From Mytilus californianus (taxonomy: Eukaryota), in contig NW_026262690.1 in the NCBI RefSeq assembly GCF_021869535.1, positions 80,972,001 through 81,036,000 of the forward strand: a stretch of 64,000 bases of DNA, given 5' to 3'. The stretch's first letter is position 1, and each line of letters opens with the position of its first letter. Positions 1 to 12,100 of this stretch are shown here, in pieces. The notes under the pieces are model-generated. The model had not been told where the DNA came from. It did not search any database and saw only the letters and a list, made by a program, of their open reading frames with translations. A program made the position numbers and the translations under genes.

Positions 1-297
1 TTTGAAAATTTTAAAAAATAAAATCCCATAGGGTTCTATAGTAAAACCCTCCTTTCTTTTTGCCCCTCAAAGTACCCCTTTATAAACCCTATTGCACAAA
101 CAAAACCCTGATTGCACCACTAGACATGTTAGTCTAACATATTGTGAAACCCTAAATTAATCTGACAAGCGGTTTTGGAGAACGGGTGCGGACAAGTTCA
201 AATTTAAAAGCGGCGGAAGAAGAAGAAGAATAATAATAATAATAAGAACTGAGCAAAACCAATAAGTCTTCCCAAACTTCGTTTGGGAGACTTAATA
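1..297 (-). mobile_element. 5' end of a non-autonomous Helentron/HINE-like element (truncated by window edge)
   Basis: Terminal hairpin TAAGTCTTCCCAAAC-TTC-GTTTGGGAGACTTA (~262-293) next to a (GAA)n(TAA)n microsatellite (~217-246), the typical HINE head layout. Confidence 0.6.
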
Positions 298-3019
298 AAT
301 ATTCAATACCTTGAATACACATATAGTTGCCGGAAAAAAATACACAAAGAAACAAAATCAATCACGATTTGTATAGATTTTATCTCTTTGTTTCAAACGC
401 TCAAATGATTTGAAACTGGTTTACGTTTACTATTGTATTATAATTACTGACGGACAACTCGGAACCAGTTAGTAGAAAAAAAGATGTACGACATATCCCG
501 ACTAAATTAATAGCCGGCACAAAACACACAATAGGCTGCAGATTTTGCCGGCTCTTATTGAGAACACTGAGTTGTGAATGTAGCTATTTGATATTAAACT
601 GGTTGACAGACTGGTTAAGATCAAAGTCATTTGCGGATTACTGTTGATGGTACTGACTTCTAAAACATGTTTTAACAGAGATTGTATTAATTTATGTTTC
701 TGGTTTTTAGTATAATTATGCATACACAAAAGTGTTGAGAACTTCTACAAAAATCAAAATCAACATAAATGCTTTATACTACATAATTATCCATACTAAT
801 TTAAGAAGGTAAATTGATTTGAATATAAATATTTTGCTTTAAAAATAATTCATTTCAATAAGAAATCCAATATAAATATTTAAAAAATATTCGAATAAAT
901 GTCTCCTCTAATGAAATTTATATAGTTAAATATGCGTTCAAGACACAATTTGTGATTGTCCACCTTTGCCATTATTCATAAAATTCATTAATATTTATGA
1001 ACTGCAAGTCAAATATATATAATTTTTCTCCCATGCAAATATTTTTAAATTGGGGCTGGATCGAATTGGTCCAAATCAACATGATAGCTAAAAACCTTTG
1101 TTTTATCAAGTTTACCGCTTTCAACATTTAGATTTTTTTGGACACAATCACATGTGGAATTTTTGTTACATGCACTTATCATCACAATAATAGGATATTT
1201 CAAAGGTATTTGCTGCTTCAACCTGGAGGTTGAAAAATTCAGATCTTTTACTTTAGCTTTAATTTGGGTCCATGCACTTTACACTTAGGGTGCAGAGTTT
1301 TCCCAAGAATTTTTTGAAGGCGCAAAAATTTGTAGCACATACATGTAATCCTTCTTTTGGCAAGAACTATTGTCATGCCAAAAAATTCCTCAAAATTCAG
1401 AAATACAATGTACAAGCTTTATGACAGGCTAGGTGTTTAATTATGTACACTGCATGTACAATATATTTATAAATTATCATAAAATAAAATATGATCAATT
1501 TACACAAATATAAAACACATTGATAGCACAGTCCATTTATAGAATTAAAATTCAATTTAAGAGTCCAAATTTAGTAATTTCAAGAGAATATTCTCCTGTT
1601 CCTTTAAGCCTTACAGTGCTGAACAGCTTTAGATATGTCCATGTCTGGTGCATCTGCTCCTTCTAAAGATATTGTATCATATTGTATCATCAAGCAGTTT
1701 GTTATTTATGGAATACCTAAAGATATTGTATTATCAAGCAGTTTGCTATTTTTTGGAATACAACTTTTTAAACAAAAGAATTAAAATGAACAGCTGACCA
1801 ATTTCTGCAGTCTGTCATTTGAGATCACTTCCATGTGTATTTGTCACTATCATTTCTTTGGCTGGTAGAAACCTGACAAATTCTTCAAAGTAAAGTTCAA
1901 GGAAATTATTAACTTGTAACATTATACATATTCTTACAATATATGCCTTTCCGTACCCAAATATTAACATCAAGTTGTTGAATGTCATTGTTTTCCAGTG
2001 CAAGGACCAATATACATGATATACAAACATAACCATGAAACTGATTTATTTTTTTTAAACATGACAATTAAAAGACGATTTTTTTTGCTTAGAACAAAAT
2101 TTCACATTCTGACCCTAACTAAATCACATAATGAATTTAATATCATAAATTCGAGTTTACTTTACGTTTTTTATGCGTAAAACGACTTCCATTGATAAAT
2201 ATTTGTAGATGGACATAATCAGGAAAGCCATGAGTAAAAACATTTTGTATTTGTATTTCGATCCATTCCCTTAATTCTGACCATGAAACACTGAAAAAAG
2301 TATCCAAGAAAAATATTTATCTACTCAATGATAATCTAAGCTATTACACAATCAGATAGGGCAAATTCTAGTAAAGGATAGACTGAAGTCTATCAATAAT
2401 TTGGTGTAATATTGATTTTCTTCTCAACCGTGACCATTAACTTTGACAAAAGTTATCAACAGGTCATAATTAAATATGATAATTAACATGCTGCAGAATT
2501 ATCTTTTAGAGCACTGCGGGCATGCCAATGTAAGAGCTCAGGGACAATAAAAATATTTGGAAGGCGCTGTGGGACTGCAGCATCATATCGGTATGGGGAG
2601 AACACGGCGGGTTCATTTATGGTTATGGAAAGTTGGGGACCAAGACAGGTTTTAGAATTAAGGATATTATTCATCTACCTAGTTTTTCACACAGGTGAAT
2701 AAACTTAAGCTAATAGAATGATTGTAATCAATTCCCACTTAAATTATTAGACTAGACCTGATGAAACCCTGGATAAAGGACATAACCAAGAAGTTTCTAT
2801 TTCATGCAGCTAAAAAAAAATTTGTTGTGTTGATCCCTATTCCATGTGTATTCTGCACAGATTTGTGTTGTTATCATGTGACTGGTTTACAGGTGTTAAA
2901 TAATATCCTATCCGACAAAAACAGACTTATCAGAACGAAACTATTGCATATTTTTTTTTATCTAGATCTGACATGTGATATCCTTAAAATTGTGCTTTTC
3001 ACTCCAAAACTTTACACAC

Positions 3020-3302
3020 CATTTTTCCAAGGATCTGGAGGTTCAAGATAACCAGACACAGGTTTATCACCAAAAAATTTGACATTTCTCTTCAATGGGC
3101 TTTTCTTATCTTGATTTTCTGAAGTGTTATTGTCTTTTGTATTTGATAAATCAGCTTCCGATTCATCTCGAGATGCATTGTTTACTTCCTGCATATCACA
3201 TTTAGAATCCCCGACAGGTGACGGTTCTGATTCTTCCACTTTTTGTGATTCGTCATTGTTATTTTCTGAGTTAGCAGTGGTTGCAATTTCTATTTCTGAC
3301 AT
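3020..3302 (-). CDS. PPP1R37: First coding exon of a protein phosphatase 1 regulatory subunit 37 (LRRC68)-like gene; downstream exons not found in window
   Basis: ORF MSEIE...KRNVKFFGDKPVSGYLEPPDPWKN has an RVxF PP1-docking motif and matches the recalled PPP1R37 N-terminal motif RVTFPSDEDIVSGAVEPKDPW; probable donor G|GTGTGT at 3020/3019. Confidence 0.7.
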
Positions 3303-4051
3303 TTTTCCAGTGTTATGTCATGTTATCTTCTCTTCTTGTTGAATTGAATGACGAAATAAATAATTCAATTTTATGAAAACATTCTCCATTTTCATTACAC
3401 GCAATCAATCAACTGACTTTTGTAAAACTTTTATTGATTGGTCATCTGTATTTCTTTTAGCCAATCAAATAACCTGATTCGTTTTTGTCTTTGGCGGACT
3501 ATTTGATATTTCTACTTTCTTTTCGAAGAGAGGACTAGATTACCAGAAATGCTGGAAGCTTAGCGCTTTACTGAAATCTATGAACATAATACTGTATTAC
3601 TCAACAATCAAACACATCAGGTGATTTATTAGTCTAATGAGGAAGAGCCAATAAATATGTATTTTCCTGTTTGTACAAAATTTTAAGTCAAAATGAAGGA
3701 ATGAAAAATTTATATAATGTCATAATTTAATGATTATATTTATCACTAAATTATTTTTTGACATACATGTATATATGATCATCTACCAAAGATAAAAAAA
3801 AAATGAGGATGTGATTATAAACTACAAGTCATCATACAGCCTTCAACAGTTAGCAAACACTTTACCGTTTAGTAATACACCTTATCACAATTCCCGCTTG
3901 ACCCGAGAATCTGTCCCGCTTGCACTTTTGACGTCCTACAACAATTACTTTTCCATTGTGGCGTCAGATATTTTCTATTATGACGTCAAAATTTTACGGG
4001 AACTTTTGTGATGTCCAGTAATGGCGGACAAATAGCGATAAGGTGTATAAA
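3303..4051. promoter_or_regulatory. Putative bidirectional promoter between PPP1R37 (-) and VRK1 (+), including probable non-coding VRK1 exon 1 (~4010-4051)
   Basis: CCAAT boxes (ATTGG ~3437, CCAAT ~3461), CRE palindrome TGACGTCA at 3981-3988, E2F-like TTCCCGC ~3891, YY1-like TAATGGCGG ~4019, donor AAA|GTAAGC at 4051/4052; locally CpG-richer than flanks. Confidence 0.55.
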
Positions 4052-4063
4052 GTAAGCTATACT

Positions 4064-4636
4064 GGTCGACGACCAGTTACAGTCACCTTCTGTTTTATTC
4101 AATAACAGCTGCTTTGCATAGAAACAACATTCTGGTGATATCTTCAGACAAATAATTTTACTTCATTTGTAAAAACTCAGTTATGATGGATCTGATTAAG
4201 ATAGGAAAATGACGAATTTTCTGTAAATTGAACATGTGGGTACATGACGTCATCGCTGTATGATGTCCTCAAATTTGGAAAATTTACTGTTTTAAGACAA
4301 ACCAATATCTCACCTGGCTTTATAGTATACACTTTCTTTCAAAAGAATTAAAAAGAATTATAAATTTCAAAATTAAAGTCTATACATCTCTTCAATACAG
4401 CGTAAGTCGTTGATTTCAACGTGTCAAGTGACAAAAAGTTCACATTCTGAACAGGAAGAGGACCTTCTAAATTTTCCAAATTAATGGTCGGAATGGAAAT
4501 GTGTCTGGTTCAATTGAAATACCTTTTTCTCTTCTTGGTACATGAAAGCAAAATACATAAATTAATGTCCCGATTAAATGTAAATTCTGTCATTTAATGA
4601 CACAATTTAAAAGTGACGGTAACTGGTCATCGTACC
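4064..4636. mobile_element. Possible degenerate TIR element in VRK1 intron 1
   Basis: GGTCGACGACCAGTTACAGTCAC (4064-4086) is an imperfect inverted repeat of GTGACGGTAACTGGTCATCGTACC (4613-4636); no clear TSD. Confidence 0.35.
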
Positions 4637-4874
4637 CATAGAATTTCCTGCTAAAATCAGCATGGTAGTAAGCCGTTGTATCGTTGTTTGTAAGAGGAAA
4701 TATAGTTGGAGTCTTTGGTGTTAAACCTAACTTTTGGAAACCCTTTTTATCTTAAAAGAGTATTTCCCCAGAAGAGGAGAGTTCCTTTAAAAAATATTTC
4801 AGAATTTCTGACGGTAACTGGTTCTCGAACAGTACAAGACTGCTGGACGACAAAATGTGAAACAAGACACCTTA

Positions 4875-5273
4875 CATACCTGTCAACCTCTGAAAACCTT
4901 CAAAGAGGGAGACCTCCCCCTCAACTATGACAGCTGAGGGGGAGATTTTGTGCGAACGACATTTTCAAGTTAAATATATGACCTGTTTACGTATTCATCT
5001 ACGAGACACCAATAACAGTTAATACATTTACTTTATTTCTTCAATTCATGGTTAAAATCTATACAAGGTGGGGTTTTTTTTAAGCCTTTTTCAATACCTC
5101 AGAGTCTCATAACTCATAACATTCCATATTTTGATTTTGTTGTGAGTCTCGCACTAAGCATGCTTTCAAACATCGTACAGACCACCAGAAGAAATCGAAA
5201 AGTTGATTGAATATGATTATTTTTGTTGTTTGAGCGGAGACTCCCGCTCAAAACGGGAGGGTTGGCAGATATG
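4875..5273. mobile_element. MITE with CAT...ATG termini and 7-bp TSD (P- or hAT-like)
   Basis: Left TIR CATACCTGTCAACCTC, right TIR GAGGGTTGGCAGATATG; CACCTTA directly flanks both ends. Confidence 0.7.
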
Positions 5274-5670
5274 CACCTTATCACTGTTTTTGGAAATTTC
5301 TGCCACAGTATTTTCTTCCTTAAAAAAATGTCCTTGATAGTGTGAAAAAATTTATGGACCCTTGCTTTAAACTTTTTGGAAATCTGCCATATACTCCTGA
5401 TCCAGGATTTTGCAACACTTGAACTAATGAGGTGATACAACAATAACTTTTCTATTCCTTTGTGTATTTTCTCCTTTCTTGGCGAGAACACTAATATTTA
5501 TAGTTTATTATTTGACAATCATTCAATCACAAGGTAGTATGATCTTTGACAGTTTCTGGTTGTAAGAAAAGTCTAATGCAGTACCATTGAAACACAATAA
5601 AACTTAACATTTAAATTTAGTATGAATTTAAATGTAATTCACTATAATTATTTTTTTTATCTTTCAGATA

Positions 5671-5698
5671 ATGCCACCAAAGGCAAAGGCAGGCTCTG
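5671..5698 (+). CDS. VRK1: VRK1 first coding exon (MPPKAKAGS)
   Basis: Acceptor tttcag at 5667, ATG at 5671, donor G|GTACGT; phase 1 matches next exon. Confidence 0.75.
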
Positions 5699-6052
5699 GT
5701 ACGTGTAATTGGACACTTTAATAAAATCACAAGGATAAATAAAAGTGTAAACATTAAGACATCAAGAGAACCATAGCCCAGATAAATATATAATTGAAAA
5801 TATTAACAAGTTTAAATTGAAAACAACGTTCAAACCTATGATTGCGTTGGATAAAACCGCAATTTTTATACATGTGCATGCAAAACAAATTTCTTGGTAG
5901 AGGGGTCTAAATACAGCACAAACAACATTTTCCAAAAGACCAAAAAAGTGAAAAAGTATATTTTAACAAAACGCATTTGACTAGCAGGTTGAACAACAGA
6001 TGTTCTTAAACCCTGCTGACTGCCAATATTGAAAATATTAATATACTACAAA

Positions 6053-6107
<55 letters not shown>

Positions 6108-9100
6108 AATTGCTATACGGAGTACAAAATTAAATATCTGCCAAAAAGGGACATAACTCTCTCAAATTGAAGACATTTATGTTCCAATTCGATACTATTT
6201 AAAACTAATAGGCAACATTTCAAGTTGGCAACAATTCAGTCATGACTCATCATAAATAAAAGCTTATGAATTTCATTGGCTGCCCTTGTCTCTAACAGTT
6301 GTCGGCAGTTTCAAAACATTTGCACCAAGATCCCCTTTTTTCAGACATGTATACTTTTTGTTATGACTTAATTTGAAATAAGTTCATGCATATTAGATCA
6401 ATGAAAAATGAAGCTATTTGAAAATAAGATTTCTGTGTTGATTTATAATATGATAATCAATTTCAAAAGTGCTCCCTACTTTAATAGCAAACATACCAAA
6501 ACTTTGAATCATGTTTATTGACATTGTTTATACAGCCATTAGCAACTACTGCTGACATATAAATTATGTAAAGAAATGGAAGCAATGATGTTATTGCTTA
6601 TTGTCAGCTGTACACATGAGTAAGCTATTGATTCATTTTGCAAATGTTTCAATTGCTGTATGATATTTTTTTTATACAAGTGAGAAATGTTGCCAGACAA
6701 AAATCTGTCAACAGCTGAAATATGTAATTGCAATTGGCAAAATTGGGGAAGCCCAGTAGTTTTAGAAAAATCCAGTTCATTTTGTAAATTTAAATAGGTA
6801 TATACAAATTTCCTAATATGATATCGAGAACCCAATTTCATAAAGTCAACTATATGCTGCATATAAATTTGAAAGTTTACCCTCAGGCATTCAAATTATA
6901 GCCCTTTTAGTTACTTAAGTGTTTATATTTAGTTTTGACCTAATAACAACAACAAGTGTAACACACATTTGAAAAGAATGATATTTTATGTATGAACATA
7001 AGTTTTATGACATCAGGTACTGTTGAAATGCTGTACAAGTATTATGTCACCGTTTGCTACAATATAGTACATTGAAAGCCGGAGTTTTCTGTCAAGGTCC
7101 ATGTTTAAATAAGTATGTCTTGTGTAGCAATGTTTTTTTTATAGCTCAAAAGAAATCCAGAGCTCCTAAAGCACATAAATTACCAGACCCATTTCCAAAA
7201 GGAGAATTACTAAAGGATTATGGGAAAAAACACTGGCGCCTTGGAGAAGTCATTGGTCAGGGAGGATTTGGACTTATATATTTAGGTAATTAAATGAACT
7301 TTACATTACTGTTTGCTGAATTTTTTTGTTGGGATCATTTTTAGTCCACTATTGTAATGAAACCTCTTTGGCAAAAATAAATTATGATGTCAATTGCTCT
7401 TTCATTAAAGCATAGAAACAAGTTTGGCATGGTTTACTACATAACTGTGTTTTGGCATGATTATAATCCATACTTACCATGCTTACTATGAAAATTGAAG
7501 AATTCCTCTTTGGTAAGCAACCTCACTATAGTTTAAGTTAATGCAATATAATCACTGAAATATTGATATAAAATGGAGTATTTATTATACCCCGCTTCAA
7601 AAAAATTATGCCCCCGCTTTAGAAAAGTGGGGGTATACTGTTTTACCTGTCTGTCTGTCCGTCCGTCCGTCCCATGAATATTTTTAGTCGCATATTTCTC
7701 AGGAACTACATTATAAGGATTTCTGAAATTTGGTTTCAGGGTTTATATGAGTCAGCTATATTGTGTGATGCGTTTTCAGATTCATCACTCAACAACTTCC
7801 TGTTTACCGAACACTTGCATCATTTTACACATGACATCCAAGTTGAAAATTTTCGTCACATTTTTCTCAGGAACTACATTACAAGGATATCTGAAATTTG
7901 GTTTTAGGGTTTATATGAGTCAGCTATACCGTGTGATGCGTTTTCAGATTCATCACTCAACAACTTCCTGTTTACTGAACACTTACATATTTTTACACTA
8001 TTAAAATTATCCAGTTGCGGCGGGGGTATCATCAGTGAGCAGTAGCTCGTAGTTTCACTTGTTTTATCTTTTTTAAATGTTCTTATTAAAATTGTCAGTA
8101 CTTGCTCATCAGGCAATGGTTAATCTAAAATCTGGTGTCTGTCTTTTTACAAACAGATTTGGGAGTAAGTGTGTTTATGCTGTGTAGACTGTCTGTTCTT
8201 GGTATATTCTATAATAATAAAATGTATTTCAACTTTTTTTTTCTTTCAGCAACTCTTGTAGATTCAGAAAAACAGGATTCTTATGTTGTTAAAATTGTAA
8301 GTTTTAATTTAGAAAAAAAATTTTGAAATGTTAAGGTAGAATAGGAAATTCAGAGCGGTCTGACAATATATTGCGGTGTTGTGTCATGTATCTTTTGTAA
8401 CCTTTAACCTAATTAAACCCTTTGAAATGGGATACAATAACATAATTTTGTCTCTGTTTTATTGGGAGATTTAGCTGAGGTCATGATCTACATCAACAGT
8501 CTCATCAGCCAGAATACAGGCTCTACACAAAAATGCTCCTCATATTAAAGTTATTTGAATCTGGAATAATTTTGAATTCTGGAAAATTGATACAAAATGT
8601 CTGATGAAAACTAACCAAACTAAAGAGGATTAGCCATGCACCCATGGCTAAGGTTCATTTTATTTTCACTTATTTCAGTATGAACTAAATACCCCCCCCT
8701 CTTTTTAACATTCCTAAATTGGGTTGGTTTTCATCATACATTTCTTATCAATTTTCCAGAATTCAAAATTATTCTAGATTCAAATAATTTCTTGTTAAAA
8801 GAATTTTGTTTTCTACGATTATTTTTTTCAAACGAATTATACAGTAACTTTTATAACCTCACAAATATAAGGATTGATTGTGAAAGCATAATTTCGCAAA
8901 TTAAAAGAAATGGTATATCACGCCCAGCTTTTAAAGTTATATTGTTTATAGAGCTGACAAGTTTAGGAATTGTCATTCAGACATTTCATTTGCTTGATAG
9001 TCTTATTGCTGAAGATAATGATTTGATTGTTTCTTTTCAATTATTGTCTCTGGTATTTATTTGGACTAATTTAAGAAAATTTTGTTCATTTATATGAATT

Positions 9101-12100
9101 TAATTTTTTGGTTTTGGTTTTTGTTTTGAATATCTGTACAAATTTTTCTTCAGACTTCATGCAAATTGCAATTGTCTGCTCTTTATATGACATGTCTACA
9201 GGTATTGAACTGATTTTTGATATGTTTTGTATAATGAAGAGCAACTGACCAAATATAAATGTTCTTGTTGATCTTCATTTGACAGATTATGGCTTTTCTT
9301 AACTAAAAATGTACATACCAAAAGTTGTTATCCCTTTATTTCTTTCTACATTTTTGTAACTGCATTAAAGGTCTTATATAAGGTAGCTCTCTTGCATGTT
9401 CTAGTGTAGGAGATAGAGAGTTCAAATCTTGGCAGCATCAAACATAAAAAATGCTTGTTTCTTTGCCAAGAAAGCAGCATTTTGGTGTAAGATTCAAAAT
9501 CATATGTTTGAGTAGAGGGACATGTCTGCCTTATACTTTTATCTTGTTAGTTTGCAAATTAAAAATCCAGCTTAGCTTATCAATGCAGTACAAAGGAAAG
9601 TATCTTTATATCACAATAAAGTTGTCATCTTGACATTGCCCAAAAATGCATGTTGTCCTAGCAGCTGGCAATTTAGAAGCCATTTGTTATACTTGATAGA
9701 CTAAACACTGCTTTGTTATAATAGCACTTGAATTAAGAAAATATCATGACAAATGTTGTTGTCAACACTTTTTTTGCTAGCTTGGAGATAATGAGCTTAG
9801 TTAGGGCACTGCTGGTCAAAAAGTTGGTTTAAAGTAGTCACCCTGTGAATATGTTAAAAAATCGTTTCACTCTAACTTTGAAACCCCTTATTTATGAGTT
9901 TTGAAATGAAATTTTACATGATTATTAACTACTAGAAGGTGTGCCATGTACAAGAGGGAAAATGTCCATTGAAAGTCATGTCTTGTGGTCAAAATCAAAG
10001 ATCAACTAGTCACCCCTGTGCATATGGACAAAATTTGTTTCTGTTTTCTTAACTTTGAAACCCCTTTGAGTTTGGTAATGAAAACTATTACAATTATTCA
10101 CCACCACTAAAAGGTTTGTCACATAAGAAAAAAATCATGTAGTGAAAGTCATAGTTAAAAACATACTTTGAGAGTTGTCTCATTGGCAATTATACCACAT
10201 CTTCTTATTTTTGTCGAGCCTTCGACTTTAGTCGAAAAAGCGAGACATAGCGATCCTACATTCCGTCGTCGTCGGCGGCGTCCACAAATATTCACTCTGT
10301 GGTTAAAGTTTTTGAAATTTTAATAACTTTCTTAAACTATCCTGGATTTCTACCAAACTTGGACAGAAGCTTGTTTATGATCATAAGATAGTATCCAGAA
10401 GTAAATTTTGTAAAAATAAAATTCCATTTTTTCCGTATTTTACTTATAAATGGACTTAGTTTTTCTGCCGGGAAATATTACATTCACTCTGTGGTTAAAG
10501 TTTTTAAAATTTTAATAACTTTCTTAAACTATCCTGGGTTTCTACCAAACTTGGATAGAAGCTGGTTTATGACCATAAGATAGTATCCAGAAGTAAATTT
10601 TGTAAAAAAAAAAATCCATTTTTTCCTTATTTTACTTTTAAATGGACTTAGATTTTCTGCCAGGAAACAACACATTCACTCTGTGGTTAAAGTTTTTAAA
10701 ATTTTAATAACTTTCTTATACTATTTTGGATTTGTACCAAACTTGGACAGAAGCTTGTTTATGATCAAAAGCTAGAATCTAGAAGTAAATTTTGTAAAAA
10801 TAAAATTCCATTTTTTCCGTATTTTACTTTTAAATGGACTTAGATTTTCTGCCAGGAAACAACACATTCACTCTGTGGTTAAAGTTTTTAAAATTTTAAT
10901 AACTTTCTTATACTATTTTGGATTTGTACCAAACTTGGACAGAAGCTTGTTTATGATCTAATGCTAGTATCTAGAAGGAAATTTTGTTTTCTTCCAGTTA
11001 ACATTACATTCAGTCTGCAGTTAAAGTTTTTAAACATTTATTAGATTCATAAACTATCCTGGATTTTTACCAAACTTGGACAGAAGCTTCTTACAATCAA
11101 AAGATAGTATCAAGAGGAATATTTTTATTGATTTACTTCCTCATTTTTGTTGAGCCTGCGATTAACAGAAAAAGTAGGCGAGACACTGGGTTCCGCGGAA
11201 CCCTTACGAATTTTTATATTTAACTTAATCATCCCTATGCATATGTATAAATAATAGTAGTTTCTTCTTTCTTACTTAAAAACCCTTGGGGATGAATAAT
11301 TAGTGCTAATAAAAAAACATTTAAAATTGCCATGCATGAGTATGAGTTATGTTTGATTAGAAGAACCCTGATTACTTTTAATTTGCATCACAATCTGCTT
11401 GTTTACTTGAGCAGGGGCCATCCTTCATGGCTCCCATCACCAGCCTCTGAAGTGTACATGTAGTTGTATTTATAATCAGATGTTACAGATTGTTATGAAT
11501 AAAAGGCAATGTGGGGTATACACCAATGAGACATCAACTCAACAACTAACTTAAAGATGTCTATGAATATTGAGCATGCTGCCTTTTTTAAGTATTGCAT
11601 TTTTTTCAGTCTGGGCTTTTGTGTAAAACTGATATCTGCAGATGTAATATTTTGATGAATTGCAATAATAACTCAGATAAATCATTAAAATGGAAATACT
11701 CTTAAATATTGGTCACATATTTAGCCATGATTTAAAGATTATTTGATGTTTCAGGAACCAATAGCTAATGGACCATTGTTCTGTGAACTCCATGTGTATC
11801 AGAGAGTAGCTAAACCAGAAATGGGTGAGTACAGAAGTATATACGATGGTCAAGCAACCTCAAGAAAAGTAAGAAGATAAAATGGAAGGGATTGTGTGGA
11901 TATAGATCATTTGTTTTTTAAAGGACAAACAACATAAAGACCAATAGAAAACATAGTAAAAGAAAGAAAGTATTCCTCTAGATCAAGCCTTGCAAACCCA
12001 ACAAAAAGGTCATCTTGTCACGAGGAGTGCATTATGGTCAAAATGATTTACATAACATTTAAGTTTTTGACTTAAAAGCAGAAATATAAACTAGAGGCTC

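Noticed and set aside
1530-2700. Candidate downstream PPP1R37 exons (ORFs 1815-2036 and 2483-2674, AG sites near 1660, 1870, 2270)
   Set aside because: None gives LRR-like sequence in the required phase; most hit stops immediately
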